Shown here: positions 26,104 to 35,670 of the stretch, piece after piece
Position numbering within the stretch: position 1 is the stretch's first letter
Layout of the letters: each line of letters begins with the position of its first letter
Assembly (NCBI GenBank): GCA_043228905.1
Contig: JBHGNT010000002.1
Coordinates: forward strand, 21,824,001 to 21,888,000
Source: Azolla caroliniana
Lineage: Eukaryota; Plantae; Polypodiophyta
Direction of reading: 5' to 3'
Length of the DNA: 64,000 nucleotides
Translations under genes and position numbers: made by a program
Notes under the pieces: generated by a model
What the model saw: the letters and a program-made list of their open reading frames with translations, nothing else
What the model was told of the DNA's origin: nothing
Database searches by the model: none

Positions 26104-28152
26104 ATGGTTCCCCACCAATCCCTTCCTCCTCCTGCTCCTCAGAACCCCCCCCCATCCCTTCGCCATGATCGAAGCGTGCTTCTCAATCTCATTAAGTCTC
26201 GCGGCAACGAGAAGAACATATGCCATGTGAGACACCTTCACTCCGATGACCTGAAGATGAATAATCTTACTTCACAGGACGCGTATGTCGCCTCCGCCCT
26301 CATTTCGGCTTATGCCAAGTGTGGTGCCCTGCAAGAAGCACGAGGGATGCTGCAGAATCTTCCGGTGCGTGATGTTGTGTCGTGGAGTGCATTGATAGCT
26401 GGATATGCCCGCTATGGGCTCGGTCATGCCGCCTTGAAATGCTTCAGGGAGATGCTAGATGCGGGAATCTCTCCAGATGCAGTTACTTATATGTGCGTTT
26501 TGAAAGCTTGTGGTGCTGTGAGGTCTTTAGAGATGGGGGAAGATATAGATACTGAGATCAGAAAGCGAGGGCTTTTACAGAGTAATGTCGCACTTGGGAG
26601 TGCATTGGTGGACATGTATGCGAAGTGCGGTGAACTTGAGAAAGCTAGAGAAGTGTTTGAGTGTCTTCCAGAGAGGAATGTAGTGTCTTGGAGTGCCCTG
26701 ATTGCTGGCTATGTTCAACAACGGCTTGGTGACGAAGCGTTGGATTGCTTCAGACGGATGCAAGAAGATGCAGGGGTTTGTCCCGATGCGGTGACTTATC
26801 TGTGTGTTTTGAAAGCTTCTGGCATCACAGGGTCTCTTGAGATTGGGGAATACATAAATAGAAAGGTCCGAAAGCAAGGGTTATTCCCAAAAAATGTCAA
26901 TCTTGGCACTGCATTGGTCGACATGTATGCAAAATGTGGTGCTGTGGACAAAGCTCGGGAAGTGTTCGAGCAGCTTCAGGTGCGGGATGTTGTTTCTTGG
27001 AGTGCCATGATTGCTGGATATGCCCAAAATGGTCTCAATCATGAAGCACTGAACTGCTTCAGAGAAATGCGGGATGCTGGAGTTCGTCCAAATGGAGTAA
27101 CTTACATCTGCATTTTGAAAGCTTGTGGAATTTTGGGATCTCTAGAGATTGGGGAAGATATATGGGCTGATGTTAGAGAGCGAGGGCTATTGCAGAAAGA
27201 TGCTGCTCTTGGAAATGCATTGGTGGACATGTTTTCCAAGTGTGGTGCACTAGAGAAAGCACAAGATGTGTTCGAGAAGCTTCCAGAGCGGAATGTGGTG
27301 TCGTGGGGTGCGCTGATTGCTGGTTATGCACAACAAGGGCTTGGCGACAAAGCATTAGAATGCTTTAGACAGATGGAAAATGCGGGAGTCTATCCAGATC
27401 CAGTAACCTATATATGCGTTCTGAAAGCTTGTGGCATTGTGGGGTCTCAAGAGATTGGCGAAAATATATATGCTGAGATTAGAAAGCAGGGATTACTTAA
27501 AAAAGATGCTGTACTTGGCACTGCTTTGATAGACATGTATTCCAAGTTTGGTGTACTAGAGAGAGCATGGGAGGTCTTTGAGCAGCTTCCGGAGCGGAGT
27601 GTTGTGTCCTGGAGCTCCTTGATCTCTGGATATGCCCAATCGGGACAAGCTGATGTAGTGTTGAACCTATATCAAAGAATGAAGGCAGAAGGTTTTATGC
27701 CAGATTCGGTCACCTTCATTATTTTGCTGAATGCATGTAGTCACGCGGGTCTAATGGAGGAGGGAGAAAAACTGTTTCATGAAATGTTTGCAGTTTATAC
27801 TCTCATGCCAACACTCGAACACTACACGTGTATGATCGATCTCTTCGGTCGTGCTGGCCACTTTGATAAGGCAAAAGCATTGCTTGACAAGGTGCCACAT
27901 TCTTGCCATCTTCCACTTTTCTTGAGTATATTGGGTGCATGTAGAAAGTGGAGGAATGTTATGTTCGGGCAATGGGCATTCGAGCGAGCAGTGGAGTTGG
28001 ATGGGAAGTGTGCTGCTGCGTATGTGTGCATGGGGAATACGTATGCGGTCGCTGGGATGCAAACTGAGGCCGATAGAATTGAGGTGTTGAGGGTGAAGAA
28101 TAAAGCATGGAAGATACCAGGACAATTTTTGGGGGCAGAAGCTTTAATTTAG
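26104..28152 (+). CDS. PLS-class pentatricopeptide repeat protein, E-type (no DYW); RNA-editing-factor family
   Basis: 682-aa ORF: L-S, four 102-aa P-L-S triplets, P2-L2-S2 (ACSHAGL..HYTCMIDLFGRAG), E1-E2, ends at PG box (WKIPGQ). Confidence 0.93.
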   Translation: MVPHQSLPPPAPQNPPPSLRHDRSVLLNLIKSRGNEKNICHVRHLHSDDLKMNNLTSQDAYVASALISAYAKCGALQEARGMLQNLPVRDVVSWSALIAGYARYGLGHAALKCFREMLDAGISPDAVTYMCVLKACGAVRSLEMGEDIDTEIRKRGLLQSNVALGSALVDMYAKCGELEKAREVFECLPERNVVSWSALIAGYVQQRLGDEALDCFRRMQEDAGVCPDAVTYLCVLKASGITGSLEIGEYINRKVRKQGLFPKNVNLGTALVDMYAKCGAVDKAREVFEQLQVRDVVSWSAMIAGYAQNGLNHEALNCFREMRDAGVRPNGVTYICILKACGILGSLEIGEDIWADVRERGLLQKDAALGNALVDMFSKCGALEKAQDVFEKLPERNVVSWGALIAGYAQQGLGDKALECFRQMENAGVYPDPVTYICVLKACGIVGSQEIGENIYAEIRKQGLLKKDAVLGTALIDMYSKFGVLERAWEVFEQLPERSVVSWSSLISGYAQSGQADVVLNLYQRMKAEGFMPDSVTFIILLNACSHAGLMEEGEKLFHEMFAVYTLMPTLEHYTCMIDLFGRAGHFDKAKALLDKVPHSCHLPLFLSILGACRKWRNVMFGQWAFERAVELDGKCAAAYVCMGNTYAVAGMQTEADRIEVLRVKNKAWKIPGQFLGAEALI

Positions 28153-28974
28153 ATAAAGGTTGATTTGCTGTGCCTGATAGCGGGATAATTTTAAGGGATG
28201 GATGATGATATGTTGATGATGAAGCCTTATTTGCCATGACGGATATGTGACGTGTGGCACCATTTGCACTATTCCTTTATGGTTTCTTGTGCTTGAAATG
28301 CTCTGCCACTTTTTTATCCTTCCGTTGACGCTCACGATTCTTGACAAGTCAGAAGAGAAGAGTGAAAATGGGACAAACGAAGTGAGGAAGCTGCAATTGA
28401 GGATGAGAGTTAAGTGAGTGTTCCGAAAGAGCACAAAGCCGAGAGTGACAACTGGTGGAGGTGTAAATAATCATAAGAGAAGAATCACTGAGAGTTTCCA
28501 AGTGATGTTTTGTGAGTGAAAACTTGCATAGGCCACATGTAGATGCAACCTAAATACTAAATAGAATTCTACAAAAACGAAATGAAAGAGAAGGGGCATT
28601 ATATATACAAAAAGTGTATCTATAAACATTCAACTCTTAAATAAGCGAAGCATAGATCACCTCGGTCATATGGCAATATCCATATCCATTATCTGAATGT
28701 ATTTGTGCTCCAGTGATTGTCATTTGGTGGTTGCATGGAAGATGGCCTGTGTTGTTTACCTTGTGGATTGTGTTTATTGATGATTATATACTTTTAAATA
28801 TAGCTAGGAAAGATTATCACTTGGGATATCAAGCACTACAAACCATTCATTACCCAAATCTTTAATGAACTTGTTAACTTACAAGATAATGAGTTCATAC
28901 TATCTTTTAATGCATAGCGTATAACTATGTAATCAATGAACAACAAAATACTTTGTGAATGGTTTATTTCTTTT

Positions 28975-29130
28975 AAAAACTATTAAATGTATTTTGAGCA
29001 AAGAACTAAGAAGTATTGGAGGTTCAATTGAAAAACTATTAAATGTATTGTGAGCAGCAAATGAAGAAATATTAGTGGTTCAATTGAAAAATTATTAAAT
29101 GTTTTGTGAGGAAAGAACTAAGAACTATTT
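28975..29130. repeat. ~57-bp tandem repeat, about 3 copies
   Basis: AAAAACTATTAAATGTATT..GAGCA..AAGAA..TATT..GGTTCAATTG repeated. Confidence 0.75.
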
Positions 29131-29628
29131 TAGTTCTTGTAGACAACATTTAAGTGCAGACAATAGTTAAACTTGGTGTTTTCAGTAGTAGTTTTGAGCA
29201 TTCAGCACATTAATCAAAGTGGGGTGAAAATAACTCAAATGGTCAAATTGTAGTTTGGTGAAAAGAAGGTGAAGTTGTGATTGGTATGAGATGAGCACTT
29301 GTGTACCACTTTGTACTTTTTAAGCGTGTGCCCCTTCCCTCCTCACATTTTTTTGACTCACAAGGTAGCTAAGGTGTGTGTCCCTTCCCACTCACCCAAA
29401 ATAATATGGTGTTGTTGCCAATGTCGGCAAAATGCTTGGTGAACCTAGCCTGGCTTAAGTGAGTGCAAATAGGCATGTATGATGTAGGGGTGGAGTCTCT
29501 AGAGGTGTGGTGAGCTTAACTAAGCCAAAGGTGAAAACATGTTGATGCACGACAATACTACAATTGGATCGATGGGTGTGTCAAGACTTGAGCCTGTCCT
29601 AGGTCATATGAAAAAGTAAAGCTCCAAG

Positions 29629-29916
29629 TTGGAATTGGCAACAATATGATTTTGGCTTAACTGGTTTGGCCTTGTCCAAACTTGAATTGAACCGGTTCCT
29701 AAACCGATTAAGGCTAACCGATTTGGCCAAATTGGTTAAGCCTAAACCAATTTGGCCAAATTGGTTAAGCCTAAACCAATTTGGCCCAAATCGGTTTAGG
29801 CTCAGCTCGAGCCATCCCAAACTAAGCTCAAGCCTAAACCGAACCGAACCTCCAAACCGTTTTAAAACGGTTTAACGGTTGGGTTCAGGCTTGAGCCGAG
29901 CCATTGCCGATTCCTA
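29629..29916. mobile_element. Non-autonomous hAT-type MITE
   Basis: TIRs TTGGAATTGGCAA / reverse complement TAGGAATCGGCAA. Near-identical 8-bp flanks GCTCCAAG / GGCCCAAG. Dense subterminal AACCG/GGTT motifs. Confidence 0.7.
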
Positions 29917-30075
29917 GGCCCAAGGAAGGAACAGGAACAATCTTAGCTTAGCTCAAGCAAGAAGCACCACCAAATAGAGGAAGATGCTGATGATGGCGAT
30001 GGCTATGGCTATGGCGATGATGAAGAAGAATGGATGGATATGGCCAAATCTAGAAGCACAGGAATGAGTTCATCT

Positions 30076-32934
30076 ATGTCCTCCAAGCTCTTAGGGGAGG
30101 AGTTGTACAGAGATTCTCCTATTCTTGTAGCCTACCCACACTCCAATAAGGTATAGTATGAAGCATCATTTCATCTCTTTGTATAGTCCTGTCATTGTTT
30201 TCCCTAAATTTTTTTCGTTGTAAAAATTACACAACAGAAAATCCGTGAATCCTGCAACCCACCTTGCACAGAAGGCATCAAGGTAAAAGGTGTCAAATTC
30301 ATTGGTTCTGCAAGTAGGGTGCTCTACAATGATGATGGAGATGACTGCCAGAATCGAAATGCGCTTCTGAATCTGATAAAGGTGTGCCGGAAAGAGAAGA
30401 ATGTATGGAAGACCAGAAGGTTACATGCCAACGCTCTCAAGCAGAGGCTGATTTATAAGGATGTTTATATCTCCACTGCCCTCATCACGACATATGCAAA
30501 GTGTGGTGTGATGGGGGATGCACGAGAAGTATTTGAGCAGGTTCCAGAGCCAAATGTTGTGACCTGGAGTGCTTTGATTTCGGGATATGCACAGAATGGG
30601 CTTGGCAATGAAGCATTACATTGCTTCAGGCAGATGCAAGATGTAGGCGTTTGTCCTGATTCTGTCACCTATATCTGTGTTTTGAAAGCATGTGGCATTA
30701 TGAGGTCTCTAGAGGTCGGGCAAGATATAGATGCGCAGCTCAGACGCAAAGGATTGTTAGAGAAAGATATTGTACTTGGAACTGCATTGGTGGACATGTA
30801 TGCCAAGTGTGGCACACTTGATAAAGCTCGGGAAGTATTTGAGCAACTTCCAGAACGGAATGTGGTGTCTTGGAATGCCCTGATCGCCGGATATGTCCAA
30901 CATGGACTCGGGGAAAAATCTTTGAAATGCTTGAGACAGATGCAAGATGCAGGAGTCTGTCCAGATGCTGTAACCTATGTCTCTGTTTTAAAAGCTTGTA
31001 GCATGGTGAGGTCTCTAGACATTGGGGAAGATATAGATGCTGAAATCAGAAAGCAAGGGCTATTGCAGAAGAATATCATTTTGGGCACAGCATTGGTGGA
31101 CATGTATATGAAGTGTGGTGCGTTGGAGAAAGCACAAGAACTATTTGAGCAGCTTCCACAGCAGAATGTTGCATCATGGAATGCCCTGATAGGTGGATAT
31201 GCCCAACATGGGCTCAGTGAGCAAGCATTGAAACACTTCAAAGAGATGCAAGATGTGGGGATTGTTCCGGATGCGGTAACTTATATGTGTGCATTAAAGG
31301 CTTGTGGCCTTGTCGGGTCTCTAGAGGTCGGGGAACATATAGATGCCAAGGTCACAAAGCAAGGGTTATTGAAAAACAATGTCATGCTTGGCACTGCATT
31401 GCTCGACATGTATTCAAAGTGTGGTGCCATGCAGAAAGCATATGAAGTGTTTGAGAAGCTTCCAGAACGGAATGTTGTGACTTGGGGTGCTCTGATTGCT
31501 GGATATGTGCAACATGGCCTTTATCATGAAGCATTGAAATTCTTTAGACAGATGCAAGCTGCTGAAGTCTGTCCAGATGCACTAACTTATGTTGGCATCT
31601 TAAAAGCTTGTGGCATTTTGGGCTTTCTAGAGATAGGTGAAGAGATAGATGGTGAAATCAGAAAGGAAGGATTATTGCATAAATATATTGTTCTAGGTTC
31701 TGCGTTGGTGGATATGTATTCCAAGTGTGGTGCACTAGAGAAAGCACGAAAGGCATTTGAAGATCTCCCAGAGCAGAATGTTGTGACTTGGAGTGCCCTG
31801 ATTGATGGATATGCCCAACACCAGCTCTGTGATGAAGTGCTGAAGTGCTTCAGACAGATGCAAGATGCAGGAATCTGTCCAAATGCAGTAACTTATGTTT
31901 CTATTCTGAAAGTATGTGGAATTGTGGGGTCCCTAGATATTGGAGAAGATGTAGATGCTGAGGTCAGACGGCAGGGGTTGTTGAACAAAAATGTTGTGCT
32001 TGGGACTGCGTTAGTGGACATGTATTTCAAGTGTGGTGCATTGGAGAAAGCACACGAACTCTTTGAGGAGCTCCAAGAACGGAATGTCGTGACGTGGAAT
32101 GCAATGATAGATGGATATGCTCGCCATGGTCGTGGTGATGAAGCATTGAAATTCTTCAGGCGGATGCAAGATGAAAGAATATGTCCAAATGTTTTTACTT
32201 ATGTATGTGTTGTAAAAGCTTGTGGCATTCTGGGGTGTCGAAATAGTGCCGAAGACATAGATGCGGAGGTTAGAAAGGAAGGGTCATTATTGTGGAACAA
32301 TGTTGTGCTTGGTGGTGCATTGGTGGACATGTATGCCAAGTGTGGTGCATTGGAGAAAGCACAGGAAGTATTTGAGCAGCTTCCAGTGCGGAATGTTGTG
32401 GCATGGAGTGCTCTGATCACTGGATATGCCCAATTAGGTGAAGCTCATGTAGTTTTGGAACTATACAGAGGAATGAAGTCGGAAGGTATCACGCCAGATT
32501 CAATTACCTTCATTGTTTTGCTGACTGCATGCAGTCATACAGGAATGGTGGAGGAAGGAGAGAAGTTATTTGATGAAATGCATGCCGTGTATCGCATCAC
32601 GCCAACACTGGAACATTACACGTGTATGATTGATCTATTTGGACGTGCAGGGCATTTTGACAAGGCGAAAGCGATGCTTGATGAGGTGCAATATTCAGGA
32701 CATCTGCCACTATTACTAAGTATATTGGGTGCTTGCAGAAAGTGGAGGAATGTGAAGCTCGGGAGATGGGCATTTGAACGATCAATACAATTAGATGAAC
32801 ACTGTGCTGCAGCGTATGTGTGCATGTGGAATATATATGCTGCAGCTGGAATGCAAATAGAGGCTGATAGGATTGAGGCGTTGAGAGTGAGGAACAAAGC
32901 ATGGATGATACAAGGACAGAAAGTGTGTGATTGA
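30076..32934 (+). CDS. PLS-class PPR protein, E-type (no DYW), with a short spliced 5' exon
   Basis: Exon 1 30076-30150 (MSSKLLGEELYRDSPILVAYPHSNK; in-frame ATGs also at 30034, 30040, 30064). GT-AG intron 30151-30237. Exon 2 30238-32934 is in frame with the 871-aa ORF: six P-L-S triplets, P2L2S2, E1E2, ends WMIQGQKVCD*. Confidence 0.9.
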
Positions 32935-32936
32935 TT

Positions 32937-33035
32937 TCATACATTTGCTGAAATGCTTTTAGTTAACATTAATACTAGCAATGAATCATACATTTGCTGA
33001 AATGCTTTTAGTTAACATTAATACTAGCGATGAAT
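32937..33035. repeat. 49-bp tandem duplication directly after the PPR gene 2 stop codon
   Basis: TCATACATTTGCTGAAATGCTTTTAGTTAACATTAATACTAGC(A/G)ATGAA twice. Confidence 0.9.
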
Positions 33036-33495
33036 CGGAAAAATGAATGCAAGGCAAGTCAGAAAGTGAATGAAACTGAAGAGAAGCAAGCAGCAAATGT
33101 GGATCGAAATGATGGGATGATCTGAAACTATTCAAAATTTCAAGGAGCTCCTGAAGGAATCCAAAAAAATAGTTTGGAAGCTTTAGTCGTGATATTTGGC
33201 CTTTAAAATTGCGGCAAGAAATTTAATGTTCCCATGTGCCATGAGGATGATGCTGTGACATGTGGGTTTCATGCTGCAGACTTGATGCAATGTTGCACGA
33301 GTGCATATCAGGTTCGTCCTCATCACTCACGCAATAGATCCCCATCATTGTGATCTATGATCTGCCCCCCTCCCTCCCCCCTAAAAAACAAAAAATAAAA
33401 CACATATACCTGTGCAAGTTTATCCCTTTGGCATAAATGTAACATAATGTTGAGCACCCAATTTGTTGCAAATTAGAAGTGAGTTTAATTTCTCT

Positions 33496-34015
33496 TAGCA
33501 ATCGGCAACGTTTCTGTTTGAATTGAACCGCCCGAACCTAACCAGGAAAATGTGGCTTAACGATCTAAATGGTTCGGTCCAAAGTCAAGTTTTTGTAAAT
33601 GGTTCAATTTGGGGGTCAATGGTTTGGTTTGAGCCTTATTGGTTTAACAGTTTAGGTTTGACACTTGATTACTTTCTTGACTATTTTTTTGAACAACCTT
33701 TTTAATTTTTAAGCCATATTCTAATATCTAAGGAAAAATCTTTCCAATTTTGAAATTTGAAAAATTTAAAATTTGAAAAATTGAATTTAAAGCTTGTATT
33801 TTCACCAAACTTGGAAACAGAAACCGAAGCACAAGACCATTGTTTTAACATTTTAACAATTTGAAAATCTTTAAAATCGTTTTGCTGGAGCTTGGATTTT
33901 TTTATAATGGTTTGGTTGTTTGGTTCAATTTAAGTTTCAAAATTTTTAAATGGTTAAATTTTAAACAATTTGAATTTGACACTCTTGAACCAAACTGAAC
34001 TTTTATTGATTGCTA
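33496..34015. mobile_element. Non-autonomous hAT element (same TIR family as 29629-29916)
   Basis: TIRs TAGCAATCGGCAA / reverse complement TAGCAATCAATAA. Perfect 8-bp TSD ATTTCTCT at 33488-33495 and 34016-34023. AACC/GGTT motifs inside. Confidence 0.85.
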
Positions 34016-34249
34016 ATTTCTCTCCTCTGTCTCTCTCTCTCTACACATGCTAGAGTCCTTCACCTTGTCCACCTTCCAACATTCTCTTTGATGTGGGGGA
34101 GAGTGTTGGGCACCAAGAAGATACCCACTATCAACAAATTCCCAAATGCTTCACTTTTTGCTACATTTGAGCTTGCTTTTCCCACCTTTTCAATGCCCAC
34201 ATATCTTTACAAACTTCTCTCTCACCCACAATGTGCCCTCTCAATTGTA

Positions 34250-35200
34250 ATGTTCATTAGCAAAATCCTTGAGCATTTTAAGTTACTTAATAACTTGGTG
34301 CACATTCTTTAAAGGAAACAACACTTTTGTCATGCCTATGTCATAATACAATTGCATGTGGTAAATTTTGGAGAAATCTTAAGGGGAAACATGCTAGAGT
34401 TATGGAAACTTAACTCTTATGAACTTATGCATGCATGGTAAGAAAGCTTAAGTGGACCCAGTTAGAAAGAATTTGAAAATGTCCAAAGGTGTAGCTTATC
34501 TCCCTCTCCCTCACAACATATCGAAGATGTCATGAAATTGAAGACAAAGCCTTGTTGGCCCATTGCATCAATGGCAAAAAATATAATACCATAGGTTCCA
34601 TATTATATTGTACAACTTTAAGCAGATCCTTGACATTTTTTCTTTTCATGAGCAACATGCTCGTATTAAGCATACCTTATTGTAATGATCAAAGGTCACC
34701 TAGAAATACCTCAATGATGTGTCTGCAAACATTAGGTCTAAACATTACAATCCCACAATGAGCTTGCTTTTAGTGCCATATCCAAGTAGGTTTTCTTTTT
34801 CATATAATTGTTTTTATTTGGAGATAATTGCTTGGGTTTGTGTGATCAAATCCATGCTTAATTCATTAACCTTCTTCATGCTCGTTTTTTTGTACAAGTA
34901 CTCGAAGGCATTGTGCTACCTTGGCACACACATCATCCATTTCGAACCGTAAATATTGGTTTTGGTTGTCTAACATCAACATAGCCTCTTCTTAGGTCAT
35001 ATTGGAATGGCCATGGCTAATGCTCGCAGTTTCTATAATCATTGTCGTTTCTTGAGCTATGGCAATAGAAACTAGGATATTTTGGTTGTGAACAACTAAA
35101 TATGTACCATAAAGCATTGTGATCCCATCATTGAACGATAACACACCACAATCGTTTAAGTTTGTTTCCAATGTGACTTCCATTTACGTCATTACTCTTG
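34250..35200 (-). mobile_element. Highly decayed LTR-retrotransposon pol relic
   Basis: Weak minus-strand remnants (e.g. PNVCRHIIEV, resembling the pre-RT P.xC.H.I motif). No intact ORF. Confidence 0.25.
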
Positions 35201-35670
35201 AATCCACAAAATCTCGTTGTTGCATGTGAAACATTGTTTCCTCCTCCAATGATGGTCAAGCTCGTTTGTCAACATGGCTAGAAGACATTTTCATTAGAAA
35301 AGGCCGCGGTAATCCGAGCATTAGTTCGAGCAAACACGAAAGCCTTTCAATGATGGAGTTGTCATAGGTAACAACCGGGCTCCGATGCTTCGGGAAAGAT
35401 CTATCACGATACCAAAGAGGGGTTCTTGTTGGTAGCAAGTCGGAAGTCGGTGGTGATCAAGCCTCGAGTCATGCGTTGTCGCAACCAATGATGTGCTTGA
35501 TACTGAGGCACGATGATTTCGCTTGACCGTCCATGTCCATCCATCGGTAACATAGTGGTAGCAGTGGCTACAATACATACATATGTATGTATATGATTGG
35601 GTTATTTGGGGGGCAGAGGATCAATCAAGCTCTTCTCCTCCTCCTTATTCATCTATCTATCTATGTATCT

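Noticed and set aside
26000-26142. Possible upstream exon ending CAG|GTATGG spliced to AG at 26142 in frame with PPR gene 1
   Set aside because: The intron would be only 41 nt and there is no in-frame ATG upstream; ATG 26104 is kept as the default start.
28153-28450. Searched for a frameshifted DYW remnant after PPR gene 1 (and likewise after gene 2)
   Set aside because: No HxE or CxxC motif recognisable by eye.
29640-29880. Short regularly repeated palindromic motifs superficially like a CRISPR or iteron array
   Set aside because: Eukaryotic context, no unique spacers; explained as hAT subterminal repeats.
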